Numbered from the stretch's first letter, positions 30,460 through 39,896 are shown. The stretch: 40,707 bases of DNA from Solirubrobacteraceae bacterium (GCA_052147875.1 JBKQJQ010000297.1:1-40707); one strand, 5' to 3'. The notes: a model not told the origin generated them from the sequence alone. Translations and numbers: made by a program.

Positions 30460-30475
30460 TCGAACACATGTTTGT
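30460..30475. promoter_or_regulatory. putative LexA (SOS) box next to the -10 element
   Basis: TCGAAC-ACAT-GTTTGT versus the Gram-positive/actinobacterial consensus TCGAAC-N4-GTTCGA. Abuts the minus-strand TAGAAT (30454-30459). Confidence 0.7.
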
Positions 30476-30514
30476 AAACCGGGCGCGCGAGCCGGTTACA
30501 GTCCAGTTGAAAAA

Positions 30515-31819
30515 CTGACCGCACCGCCGATCCAATACGCACACAGCGGCGACGCGAGCATCGCCTATCAGGTGCTCGGGGATGGGCCGTGCGACCTCGT
30601 CGTGATCGCCGGGCCGGCGTCTCATCTGGAGCTGATCTGGGAGGAGCCCCGGACCGCCCGAACCTTCCGGCGGATGGCCGATTTCGCGCGTCTGATCATG
30701 TTCGACCGGCGCGGCACGGGGCTATCTGATCCGGCGATCGAGCCGCCGACGCTCGAGCAGCAGGTCGACGACCTGCGGGCCGTGCTGGCGGCGGTCGATG
30801 CCGACCAGGTGTCGATGATCGGGGGGTCAGATCTCGGACTATCGGCGCTGTTCGCTGCTACCTACCCGGAGCGGGTGCGGGCGCTCGTGCTATCCGGCGT
30901 CGCCGCGGACGGCAGCAGCCACACGCTGCTGGGGCGCTCGCGCGCCGACATGCTCGACGCGATCGAGCACAGCTGGGGTGACGGGGCGCTGGTGTCGCTG
31001 TTCGCGCCCAGCCAGATCGGCAATCGTGACTTCGTTCAGTGGTGGGGACGGCTGCAGCGTTCGTCGGTCAGCCCCGGGATGGCTCGCAAGCTGATGGAGA
31101 TGACCGCCCAGACCAACCTCCGTGCTGTGCTGCCGACGATCCGCGTGCCGACGCTCGTGCTGCACGTTACGGGCGACCGGGTGGTGCCGGTCGAGGCGGG
31201 GCGCGAGGTTGCGTCGCTGATCCCGGGCGCGCGCTTCATCGAGCACAACGGCGAGGATGCCTACGGCTGGATCGATCCTCCGTGGATGTTCGAGATCGAG
31301 GAGTTCCTGACCGGCCGGCGCTCGGCGCCGCCGGTCGACCGCGTGCTGGCGACGGTTCTGTTCACTGACATCGTCGGCTCGACGGAGCTGCTGTCGCGGA
31401 TCGGCGACGAGCGCTGGCGCCGGCAGCTCGAGGACCACGATCAGCTGGTCCGCGCCGGGCTGGCGCGCTGGCGCGGCAACGAGATCAAGACCAACGGCGA
31501 TGGCTTTCTGGCGACCTTCGACGGCCCGGCCCGGGCGGTCAGCTGCGCGGCCGACATCGTCGAGGGCGTCGCCGCGCTGGGTCTGACCGTCCGCGCCGGG
31601 GTCCACACCGGGGAGTGCGAGCTGCGCGACGACGACGTCAAGGGGATCGCGGTCCACATCGCGTCGCGGGTGATGCACGAGGCTCAGCCGGGCGAGGTGC
31701 TCGCGTCGAGCACCGTCAAGGATCTCATCGTCGGCTCGGGCCTGCGGTTCGCCGACCGCGGTCTGCATTCCCTACGCGGGGCGCCGGACGACTGGCACCT
31801 CTACGCGCTCGAGCGCTGA
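30515..31819 (+). CDS. alpha/beta-hydrolase fused to class III adenylate/guanylate cyclase (LipJ/Rv1900c-like), start uncertain
   Basis: YAHSGDASIAYQVLGDG, FDRRGTGLSD, ATVLFTDIVGST, GDGFLATF, GVHTGECE and GIAVHIASRV motifs. No canonical in-frame start near the expected N-terminus. Confidence 0.88.
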   Translation: MTAPPIQYAHSGDASIAYQVLGDGPCDLVVIAGPASHLELIWEEPRTARTFRRMADFARLIMFDRRGTGLSDPAIEPPTLEQQVDDLRAVLAAVDADQVSMIGGSDLGLSALFAATYPERVRALVLSGVAADGSSHTLLGRSRADMLDAIEHSWGDGALVSLFAPSQIGNRDFVQWWGRLQRSSVSPGMARKLMEMTAQTNLRAVLPTIRVPTLVLHVTGDRVVPVEAGREVASLIPGARFIEHNGEDAYGWIDPPWMFEIEEFLTGRRSAPPVDRVLATVLFTDIVGSTELLSRIGDERWRRQLEDHDQLVRAGLARWRGNEIKTNGDGFLATFDGPARAVSCAADIVEGVAALGLTVRAGVHTGECELRDDDVKGIAVHIASRVMHEAQPGEVLASSTVKDLIVGSGLRFADRGLHSLRGAPDDWHLYALER

Positions 31820-32865
31820 GACAGCGCGCCGTCGAATCCCTCGCGCCGCAGCCAGCTGGCGGGATTGCGGATCTCGTCCATCGTCGGCAGCGCCTCGGGC
31901 GCTGAGAACACGTGCTCGAGCGCTGCGGTCCCGCCGCTGCGCACGATCGCGTCACAGAAGTACTTGCCCTGCTCGTACTGGCGTAGCTTGAGCTCCAGCC
32001 CCAGCAGCTTCGCGAGCAGTCGCGACAGCCCGGACTGTGAGCGCCGACGACGATCGAGCGCCTGGCGCAGCTTCGGCAGCGACGGCAGTAGATCCGGCGC
32101 CACCGCGTCCATCACGTGCTCGGCATGGCCCTCGATCACCGCCATAACCGCCTGGACGCGATCGAACGTCTCGCGCTCGGCGCTGCTGGTGAACAGCGTG
32201 ATCAGATCGCCGCTGCGGACCGCCTGACCGAGGCGCCGCATCTGCTCGACGGTCGGCACGCGCACCTTGCGCGGATGCTCGAGCCGCAACTCCGCCTTCT
32301 CGAGCAGCTCGCGAACGAGCCCGGCGACGTGGTTGTGAAGCCACGGGACGCCCGCGAACTGCACCGCGTGGGTCACTTCGTGCAGCGTTACCCAGGTCAC
32401 GAACTCGTCCTCGCGGGCGCCGAAGTTCTCGACCGCCTGCCCCAGGTTGGGGAGCACGAACAGCAACCGCGGCGGGCTGGCGTCGACGTTGTCGTCGAGC
32501 AGCACCAGCTCGTATTGGCCCAGCACGTGCTGGGCCATGTAGCCCAGCACGACCGCGACCTCGCTCGTAACCATCAGCCCGATCGTCATCTGCACGGCCG
32601 GCCGCACCGGCCCGAGCGTGCCGCTGGAGCGCTCCAGAACGGGGTCGAGCAACGCCCGCATCGCCTTGATGTTGGTGGCGATCCACTCGCCCCGGCCGAT
32701 CCCCTCAGGCGGCGGCAGCGGCCGCGACGGGTGCAGACCCGTGTAGGCGGTCACCCGCTTCTCGGACTCGACGGCGAGCTCCGCGAGGTCGGCGCCGGGT
32801 GGCGGGCTGTCGCCCTTGCCCGCGACCAATGACGCGATCTTCTCGGCCAGGATCCAGTCGATCAC
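31801..32865 (-). CDS. zinc-dependent metalloprotease-like protein (DUF2342/zincin)
   Basis: VLGQYE, HEVTH (HEXXH), MAVIEGHAEHVMD, KLRQYEQG and LPTMDEI motifs. GTG start at 32865 overlaps the IMPase TGA. Confidence 0.85.
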   Translation of the reverse strand: MIDWILAEKIASLVAGKGDSPPPGADLAELAVESEKRVTAYTGLHPSRPLPPPEGIGRGEWIATNIKAMRALLDPVLERSSGTLGPVRPAVQMTIGLMVTSEVAVVLGYMAQHVLGQYELVLLDDNVDASPPRLLFVLPNLGQAVENFGAREDEFVTWVTLHEVTHAVQFAGVPWLHNHVAGLVRELLEKAELRLEHPRKVRVPTVEQMRRLGQAVRSGDLITLFTSSAERETFDRVQAVMAVIEGHAEHVMDAVAPDLLPSLPKLRQALDRRRRSQSGLSRLLAKLLGLELKLRQYEQGKYFCDAIVRSGGTAALEHVFSAPEALPTMDEIRNPASWLRREGFDGALSQRSSA

Positions 32866-33707
32866 GCCGTGATCCGTCCCAGCTCGTGCAGCGCCTCTGG
32901 CGAACGGGCGGCGACCAGATGCGAGTGCGCAGTCGTGTCCATCGGCGCTCCGAGCGGGTCGTCGCAGCCGGTGAACGCGATCAGACCACCGGCCTCGCGC
33001 ACGATCAGCTGGCCGGCCGCCGCGTCGATCCCGCGGCAGCGGGCGAGCGTCACCATCCCGTCGAACCGCGCGGCCGCGACCTGGCACAGCGTGCTGGCGA
33101 TCGTGCCCAGCGCCCGCAGCCGATGCGCTGAGGCCAGCAACCCGTCGATCGACGCCGCGACCCAGCGCGGGTCAGCGGATTCGATGCCCAGCAGCTCGAG
33201 TCGCCCGTCGCGTGATCGGCGCTCGGTTAGCGACGGATCGAGCGCCTCGCCGTCACGAAACGCCCCCGCTCCCCGTGTCGCCCACCACTGCTCGCCGGCG
33301 CCGAAGTCGTGCACGAACCCGAACGCGACGTCGGCCGCTGTGGGCCCGTTGGCGACCGCCAGCGAGACCGCGTAGTGGCAGGCGCCGCGCTTGGCGTTCA
33401 GCGAGCCGTCGATCGGGTCGATGATCACTCGCACGCTCGGGTCGCCGTAGTCGATCACGCCTCGCTCCTCGGACACCGCGCAAAAGCGATAGCCGTCGGC
33501 GCTCAGCGCGTCGAGCTCGTCGAACACGATCGCCTCGGCGGCGCTGTCGATCACCAGCGTCCGGTCTCCGCCACTGCCACGGGTGCCGGTCTCGCGCGCC
33601 CGGTCCTCCACGTCCGGCGTCGCCGCGAGCAAGTGCTCGAGTTCCGCCACCGCGCGCCGGCATGCGCCAAGCCAGTCGGCGTCGAGTGCGGTGCGAGTGC
33701 TTGTCAT
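32862..33707 (-). CDS. inositol monophosphatase / FBPase family protein
   Basis: SEE, IIDPIDGSLN, RALGTIA and DAAAGQLIVREAGG motifs. Confidence 0.9.
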   Translation of the reverse strand: MTSTRTALDADWLGACRRAVAELEHLLAATPDVEDRARETGTRGSGGDRTLVIDSAAEAIVFDELDALSADGYRFCAVSEERGVIDYGDPSVRVIIDPIDGSLNAKRGACHYAVSLAVANGPTAADVAFGFVHDFGAGEQWWATRGAGAFRDGEALDPSLTERRSRDGRLELLGIESADPRWVAASIDGLLASAHRLRALGTIASTLCQVAAARFDGMVTLARCRGIDAAAGQLIVREAGGLIAFTGCDDPLGAPMDTTAHSHLVAARSPEALHELGRITA

Positions 33708-33729
33708 GCTCGACTTATGCTGTCAGACG

Positions 33730-36700
33730 GTGACTGTCGAGCCCGAACGCAGCGAGCCTGGAGCGAAGCTTGACCTGCTTTCGAGCGGCGTCGGCTCGGA
33801 ACGGTTGCTGGACGGGCTGACGGCCGACCAGCGAGCTGCCGTGACGCACCGGGGCGGCCGGCTGATCGTTCGCGGCGGCGCCGGCAGCGGCAAGACGCGA
33901 GTGATTGAGACGCGGTTGCGCTGGCTGATCGAACAGGGCTGTGCACCCGAGCGGATCTGCCTGCTGGCAGCCAGCGAGGGCCGCGCCGCCGCCTCGAGTG
34001 AACGGCTCGAGACCGCGCTCGAGCTCGGCTACGAAGAGCTCCACGTGCTGACCGCGCCGCAGCTGGCGGCGCTAGTTGTGCGCAGTGCGGGCGCTGGTAC
34101 GGATGCGTTCGCTGCGGCGCTCAGCCCGGGCGACCGGCTCGCGATGCTCGTCCAGCGGATCGACGAGCTGTCGCTTGAGCATCACGACTTTGGCGGGCGC
34201 CCGAACGCGTTGCTGGCGGGCTTCATTCGCCGAATCGACCGGTTGAAGGCTGAACTCGTGGGCGCGGCCGAATATGTCCGGTGGGCGCAGTCGCTACCGG
34301 CGGAGTCGCCCGAGGCGGCGCTCGAGCGGGAGTTCGCCGAGATCTACCAGGCGCACGAGCGGATGCTGTCCGAGCACGGCGCGCGCGATCACGGAGGCCT
34401 GATCGTCGACGCGATCTCGCTCGCGCGCAAGCAGCCCGGCCTCGCGCGGCGCTTCGAGCATCTGCTGATCGACGATGCCCAGGAGCTCGACCTGGCCGCC
34501 GCCCGGCTCGCGCTCGAGGTCGGCCAGCCGGGGCTCACCGCTGCCGGGGATCCCGACGGCGCACTCCGGCGCTTCCGGGCAGCGGGCGCGGCGCGGCTGG
34601 CGAGCTTCGAGGAGCCCAGCGCGCGGGTCGTCGAGTTGGGCTCGAGCCAGGCTTGCCCGGAGCGCGTCTGGACGGCGGCCCGCGCCGCGCTGAGCGCCGC
34701 CGGGGTCGGCGCGGGGCCGTCGCGCACGGCCGTCTCGGATGCCGGTCAGGTCGATCTGTGGCGGTGCGACAGCGACCGCTCACAGGCCCAGGCGGCGGCG
34801 GTCGACATCGAGCGGCTGCTGGCTCGAGAGGACGTCCAGCCCGGGCGGATCGCGGTGCTCGTGCCCGAGATCACGGTTGAGGGCCAGGCGGTCGCGGTCG
34901 CGCTCGAGGAGCGCGCGATCGCCCACCGGCTGGTCGGCGAGGCGGCCTTCTTCCAGCGGGCCGAGATCCGCGACGTGCTCGCCTGGCTGCGGTTGCTGGC
35001 CGATCCGACCGATGCGGCCGCCGTCGTCCGGGCGCTTGCGCGACCCCCGATCGAACTGCGCTCGGTCGACATCGCGCGCTGCACGCAGATCGCGAGGCGT
35101 CGCAAGCTCGACATGGTCGCGGCGCTCGCGGCGGCGACCGAGTCCCCCCAGGTGCCACCCGAGGCGCGCGAGCGGATCCACGGATTCCTGAAGCTCTACC
35201 GCTCCGGGATGGCGTCCGTCGACACCAGCCGGCCCGACCTCTACGTCCACCGCCTGATCGACCGGCTCGGCCTGCGCCGCCAACAGCTATTCGCCGCTCA
35301 GGCCGACGTCGTCGAGCGGCTCCGCGCGCTGGCAGCGTTCGGCGAGCTGGCGGCGGCCGCCGTCCGGCGGGCTCCGCAGATGACGCCACGCGAGTTCGCG
35401 CGCTCGATCGCCGCGGTCGCCGACTACGGTTTGCGCGAGCAGGAGGAGCCGCAGCTGTCGCGGGCCAGCGGCGTCCAGGTGCTGGCGCTCGAGGCCGCCG
35501 GCGGCCTCGACGCCGACCATGTGTACGTGCTGGGTCTCCACGCGGGGCTGGTGGGGCACGCCCCAGAGGCGATCCCCGACGCGCTGCTGTGCGAGCAGTT
35601 ACCCGCTGACGACGAGCACGCCCGCGAAGCGGCGCTCGGGCAGGCGCTGTACGTCGGCTTTAGCCGCGCCCGCCGGCGCCTGGTGCTGTCCTATCCGCAC
35701 AGCGACGATCGCGGCACCGCCCGCCGCCCGCTGCCGCTGCTCGAAAGCGTCCGCCAGACGCTGAATGGAACCTGGGTCGAACAGGAGGAGGAGCTGTTCG
35801 GGCCCGCCGAGGCGCTGCACTCCACCTACCGGCTGATGCGCGACGAGCTGCTTGAGGGGACGGGGCGCGCCGGGGGGCGGCTGTCGGAGCTCCGCTTCGA
35901 CACCGATCTCGACGTCTCACACGCTGTCGTGCGCTACCTCGAGCTGCTCAAGCTGGCGGCGCTGATCGCGCGGCCGGAGGGCCAGAGCGTCGCCGAGTCG
36001 CTGCGCGATGTGAACTCGCGCATCCTCCAGGCGGTCACCTCGGAGCAACGCGAGATCTTCAGCTCTTCGGCGCTCGATGACTACCTGCTCGACGCCGAAC
36101 GCGACGCGCGTCGGCGGGCGCAGGCGATCGTCGCCCGCGACGAGCCGTCGCTGGAGCCCTTCTTGCCACGGCGCGGCGATGGCGTCGTGCTGTCGGCGTC
36201 GGACATCGACACCTACCGCACGTGCCCGCTGAAGTACAAGTTTGCGCGCGTGTTCCGGATCCCGCAGGAGCCGACCCTGCACCAGCGGTTCGGGATCCTC
36301 GTCCACCAGGTGCTCGAGCGCTTCCACGGGGGGGATGCGGGGACGCTGCCGGAGTTGCTCGGGCTGCTGGATGGGGGTTGGCGCCGGGGCGGGTTTGGCG
36401 ACTCGGAGGAGGAGCGCCAGCTGCGCGGCAAGGCGACCGCGTCGCTGACTCGATACCACGAGCGCTTCCAGTCCGAGGACGCGCAGCCGGTGTGGTTCGA
36501 GCGCTCGTTTACGTTCAAGCTCGGTCGTCATCTGCTCCGAGGCCGGGTCGACCGGGTCGACCGGCTCCCGGGCGGCGAGTACGAGCTGATCGACTACAAG
36601 ACCGGCCGGCCTAAAAGTCCCGAGCAGCTCGCCGATGACGTGCAGCTGTCGCTCTACGCGGTCGGCGCGCGCGAGTCATGGCGCCTGGAGGCATCGCGGC

Positions 36701-36894
36701 AGGCCTACTACTACGTGCTCGACGACCAGAAGGTCGCGGTGCCGGTCGATGACGGCGACCGTGGCGATTGGGTCTGCGAGGTCGCAACCGAGGTCGCCGA
36801 GGGGATCCTCTCGCAGGGCTTTGAGCCGACGCCGTCGTTCTCGGCCTGCTCGATCTGCGACTACCGGCTCGTGTGCCCGGCCGCCGAGCGATGA
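33730..36894 (+). CDS. UvrD-like helicase fused to a RecB/PD-(D/E)XK nuclease with predicted 4Fe-4S cluster (AdnA/AddB-like)
   Basis: GGAGSGKT, FFQRAEIRDVLAWLR, LSASDIDTYRTCP, GRVDRVD, IDYKTG, QLSLY and C-terminal CSICDYRLVC. TATGCT -10 lies 8 nt before GTG 33730. Confidence 0.88.
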   Translation: MTVEPERSEPGAKLDLLSSGVGSERLLDGLTADQRAAVTHRGGRLIVRGGAGSGKTRVIETRLRWLIEQGCAPERICLLAASEGRAAASSERLETALELGYEELHVLTAPQLAALVVRSAGAGTDAFAAALSPGDRLAMLVQRIDELSLEHHDFGGRPNALLAGFIRRIDRLKAELVGAAEYVRWAQSLPAESPEAALEREFAEIYQAHERMLSEHGARDHGGLIVDAISLARKQPGLARRFEHLLIDDAQELDLAAARLALEVGQPGLTAAGDPDGALRRFRAAGAARLASFEEPSARVVELGSSQACPERVWTAARAALSAAGVGAGPSRTAVSDAGQVDLWRCDSDRSQAQAAAVDIERLLAREDVQPGRIAVLVPEITVEGQAVAVALEERAIAHRLVGEAAFFQRAEIRDVLAWLRLLADPTDAAAVVRALARPPIELRSVDIARCTQIARRRKLDMVAALAAATESPQVPPEARERIHGFLKLYRSGMASVDTSRPDLYVHRLIDRLGLRRQQLFAAQADVVERLRALAAFGELAAAAVRRAPQMTPREFARSIAAVADYGLREQEEPQLSRASGVQVLALEAAGGLDADHVYVLGLHAGLVGHAPEAIPDALLCEQLPADDEHAREAALGQALYVGFSRARRRLVLSYPHSDDRGTARRPLPLLESVRQTLNGTWVEQEEELFGPAEALHSTYRLMRDELLEGTGRAGGRLSELRFDTDLDVSHAVVRYLELLKLAALIARPEGQSVAESLRDVNSRILQAVTSEQREIFSSSALDDYLLDAERDARRRAQAIVARDEPSLEPFLPRRGDGVVLSASDIDTYRTCPLKYKFARVFRIPQEPTLHQRFGILVHQVLERFHGGDAGTLPELLGLLDGGWRRGGFGDSEEERQLRGKATASLTRYHERFQSEDAQPVWFERSFTFKLGRHLLRGRVDRVDRLPGGEYELIDYKTGRPKSPEQLADDVQLSLYAVGARESWRLEASRQAYYYVLDDQKVAVPVDDGDRGDWVCEVATEVAEGILSQGFEPTPSFSACSICDYRLVCPAAER

Positions 36895-38030
36895 CGGGGC
36901 GGGCTGCCGCACGGCTCGACGGTCTTGGGACGACGATCTTCACCGAGATGACCGCGCTCGCGCAGCGCACCGGCGCGATCAACCTCGGGCAGGGCTTTCC
37001 GGACGAGGACGGTCCGGCCGATGTCATAGAGGCGGCGGTCGCCGCGCTGCGCGGCGGCGCAAACCAGTACGCGCCGCTGGGCGGGGTGCCGGCGCTGCGC
37101 GAGGCGGTGTTGGCGCACCAGCGGGAGTGGTATGGGCTGGAGCCCGAGGACGTGCAGGTGACGTTCGGCGCCACCGAGGCGATCGCCGCGTCGTTGCTGG
37201 CGCTGTGCGATCCTGGCGACGAGGTCGTGGTGCTGGAGCCGTACTACGACTCGTACGCGGCTTGCATCGCCTTCAGCGGGGCGGTGCGCAGGCCGGTCAC
37301 GTTGCGACCGCCCGGCTTCGCGCTTGACCTCGACGAGCTCCGCGCGGCTGTCGGGCGGCGGGCACGGGTGATGCTGATCAACTCGCCGCACAACCCGACC
37401 GGTCGGGTCCTGGGCCGTGTGGAGCTCGAGGCGATCGCTGCCGCATGCATCGAGCACGACCTGGTGTGCGTGACCGACGAGGTGTACGAGCACCTCGTGT
37501 TCGAGGGTCAGCACATCCCACTCGCGACGTTGCCGGTGATGGCCGAACGGACGCTGACGATCTCCAGCATCGGCAAGTCGTTCTCGTTCACCGGCTGGAA
37601 GATCGGCTGGTGCTCGGGTCCAGCCGAGCTGGTGACGGCGATGCGGACGGCCAAGCAGTTTCTGACCTTCGCGGGCGGGACGCCGCTGCAGCACGCGTCC
37701 GCAGTGGCGCTGGGGCTGGAGTCTTCTGTGCTGCGCGGCCTGTGCGATGACCTGCGCGCTCGGCGCGATCTGCTGTGCGAGGGCCTAGCCGGCGCCGGCC
37801 TGAAGCCGCTGGTGCCCGCAGGCACGTACTTCATCAACGCCGACGTCGGCCGCGACGCGGTCGCGTTCTGCGCCGAGCTGCCCGACCGCTGCGGCGTCGT
37901 TGCGATCCCGACGAGCGTGTTCTACGACGATAAGGGGGCGGCGTCGACGCTGGTGCGGTTCGCGTTCTGCAAGCGGCGCGAGGTGATTGCGCAGGCGGCG
38001 CTGCGGCTCGCGGACGCCGGCCTGGGGTGA
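36891..38030 (+). CDS. class I/II PLP aminotransferase (DapC/YbdL-like)
   Basis: INLGQGFPD, NSPHNPTG, DEVYEHL, SIGKSFSFTGWKIGW and VRFAFCK motifs. ATGA overlap with the helicase gene. Confidence 0.92.
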   Translation: MTGRAAARLDGLGTTIFTEMTALAQRTGAINLGQGFPDEDGPADVIEAAVAALRGGANQYAPLGGVPALREAVLAHQREWYGLEPEDVQVTFGATEAIAASLLALCDPGDEVVVLEPYYDSYAACIAFSGAVRRPVTLRPPGFALDLDELRAAVGRRARVMLINSPHNPTGRVLGRVELEAIAAACIEHDLVCVTDEVYEHLVFEGQHIPLATLPVMAERTLTISSIGKSFSFTGWKIGWCSGPAELVTAMRTAKQFLTFAGGTPLQHASAVALGLESSVLRGLCDDLRARRDLLCEGLAGAGLKPLVPAGTYFINADVGRDAVAFCAELPDRCGVVAIPTSVFYDDKGAASTLVRFAFCKRREVIAQAALRLADAGLG

Positions 38031-38040
38031 GTTCTCATGG

Positions 38041-38086
38041 GGTGTGGGATCTCGAGGGGGCTATAGCCACTATGAGATCCCACACC
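38041..38086. repeat. REP-like palindrome / bidirectional terminator candidate
   Basis: Perfect 13-bp arms GGTGTGGGATCTC / GAGATCCCACACC with inner palindrome GGCTATAGCC, between convergent genes. Confidence 0.7.
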
Positions 38087-38104
38087 TCCGAGTGTGCCGC
38101 TGCC

Positions 38105-38986
38105 TTACCCCGCACCCGGCCCGTCGTCGCCGCGCTGGCGCAGGAAGCGCTGCAGGTCACGAGCGATCGTCTCGCCGGACGGCAGCGAGGTCGGCTCGTC
38201 GCCGGCCTCCTCGAGCGAGGCCTGCTCAAGTCGTTCGACGAACGCCTGCACATCCGGGTCGCTCTGTACGGCGACGTTGACCTGACGGTCGTAGTCGGCG
38301 GAGGCGGTCTCGAGCTCTGAGCCGTCGACGGCGACGCCGACAAGCCCTTCAAGCTTGCGCACCAACGCGAGCGCCGCCTTCGGATTCGGGGTCGCGGCGA
38401 TGTAGTGGGGGACCGCGGCCCACAGGCTGGCGGACGGCAGGCCGGCCTGCTGGCAGGCGGCGTGCAGGATGCCGACGATCCCCGTCGGCCCCTCATACGA
38501 GGACGGCGCCAGCCCGAGCCGCGCAACCAGCGCCGGGTCCGAGCTGAGGCCGGTGACCGAAACCGGGCGCGTGTGCGGGACGTCGGCGAGGAGCGCACCG
38601 AGCGTCACCACGAGTTGCGTGCCGAGCGCCTCGGCAAGTTCGACCACGATCCTGCAGAACGTCCGCCAGCGGAATGACGGCTCGGTGCCGGCCAGCAGGA
38701 TCAGGTCGCGATCGGCGCGCGGAACGTGGGCTTCATAGAGCTCGACGGCCGGCCAAACGATCTCGCGCGCCTGTCCGTCGACGAGTTTGACGCGCGGCCT
38801 GGTGGCCTGGAAGTCGTAGAACTCCTCCGGGTCGATCGTCGCGAACCGCCGGGCGTGGAGCGCCGCCCCGACGAACTGGATCGCGCTCGAGGCGGCGTCG
38901 GCGGCGTCATTCCAGCCCTTGAAAGCACAGATCAGCGCTGGCGCGCGAAGCCGATCCGGACGGTGTTCCCATTGGAGTGGCTGCAT
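38105..38986 (-). CDS. PAC2 (proteasome assembly chaperone) family protein
   Basis: AFKGWNDAADAAS, IDPEEFYDFQATRP, EPSFRW, LLADVPHTRP, YEGPTGI and AVPHY motifs. TACGGT -10 lies 7 nt before ATG 38986. Confidence 0.9.
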   Translation of the reverse strand: MQPLQWEHRPDRLRAPALICAFKGWNDAADAASSAIQFVGAALHARRFATIDPEEFYDFQATRPRVKLVDGQAREIVWPAVELYEAHVPRADRDLILLAGTEPSFRWRTFCRIVVELAEALGTQLVVTLGALLADVPHTRPVSVTGLSSDPALVARLGLAPSSYEGPTGIVGILHAACQQAGLPSASLWAAVPHYIAATPNPKAALALVRKLEGLVGVAVDGSELETASADYDRQVNVAVQSDPDVQAFVERLEQASLEEAGDEPTSLPSGETIARDLQRFLRQRGDDGPGAG

Positions 38987-39014
38987 CCGACTCACCGTAC
39001 ATGATGGACCCATC

Positions 39015-39896
39015 TTGCCCGACGATTTGACCTTGGTGACGGTCAGCGCGCTTCGACCTGGACAGGACGTCAGCGGCCTGTTCGCTTGCACGCGCAAGGA
39101 CCGATTAATGACCCGGACCGGCTCGGCATACCTGGCGCTCGAACTGCGTGATCGGACCGGCACCGTCCCGGCGCGCGCGTTCCAGAACGCCGACGCGCTC
39201 GCGGCACGGTTCGAGCGCGGTGACGTGGTCCGGGTCGTGGGGCGCGTCGAACGGTTTCGCGACGAGCTCGTGCTCGAGCTGTCTGAGATCTCGCGTGCCG
39301 AGTCCGAAGAGGTCGATGCCGGGCGCTTTCTGCCATCTGCGTACCGCGACCTGGACGAGCTCGACGGCTTTCTCGAGCACCTGTCGGGCGAGGTCTACGA
39401 CCGCGCGTACCGGACGCTGCTGGACGGCCTGCTCGCCGACGATGTGCTGCGAGCCGCGTGGCGCCGGGCGCCGTGCAGCCGATCGGGGCACCACGCCTAT
39501 CTCGGCGGGCTGCTGGAGCACACGGTCGCGGTTGCGACGCTGGCGCACGAGACCTGCCAGCTGCATCCGCGGCTGAACTCCGACCTGCTGGTGACGGCGG
39601 CAATCACCCACGACCTCGGGCGGACGAGGGAGTTCACCTACGGCGCGGAGCTCGGCCTGACCGAGGAGGGGCGGCTGCTCGGCCATCTGGTGCTAGGTGA
39701 GCAACTGTTGACCGAGCACGGTGCGCGACAGCTCGATGAGTCGCGCCGGCTGGCGCTGCTGCACTGCGTCCTCTGCCACCACGGGCCGTCCGCCGCGCCA
39801 GGAGGCCGGTTCGCGTCGGCCGAGGCGCTCGCGCTCTACCGGCTCAACGCGCTCGACGCCGCCGTCAAGGGAGCGCTCGAGCACGGGCTCGATTGA
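39015..39896 (+). CDS. YhaM-like OB-fold plus HD-domain 3'-5' exoribonuclease
   Basis: YLALELRDRTG (OB-fold), HHAYLGGLLEHT, HDLGR, GHL, HHG and LNALDA motifs. Confidence 0.87.
   Translation: MPDDLTLVTVSALRPGQDVSGLFACTRKDRLMTRTGSAYLALELRDRTGTVPARAFQNADALAARFERGDVVRVVGRVERFRDELVLELSEISRAESEEVDAGRFLPSAYRDLDELDGFLEHLSGEVYDRAYRTLLDGLLADDVLRAAWRRAPCSRSGHHAYLGGLLEHTVAVATLAHETCQLHPRLNSDLLVTAAITHDLGRTREFTYGAELGLTEEGRLLGHLVLGEQLLTEHGARQLDESRRLALLHCVLCHHGPSAAPGGRFASAEALALYRLNALDAAVKGALEHGLD

Noticed and set aside
33730-39896. Helicase-nuclease plus HD nuclease as a Cas3/Cas4 or anti-phage defence system
   Set aside because: The helicase is SF1 UvrD-type and the HD protein is YhaM-like. They are in separate transcription units among housekeeping genes with no array.
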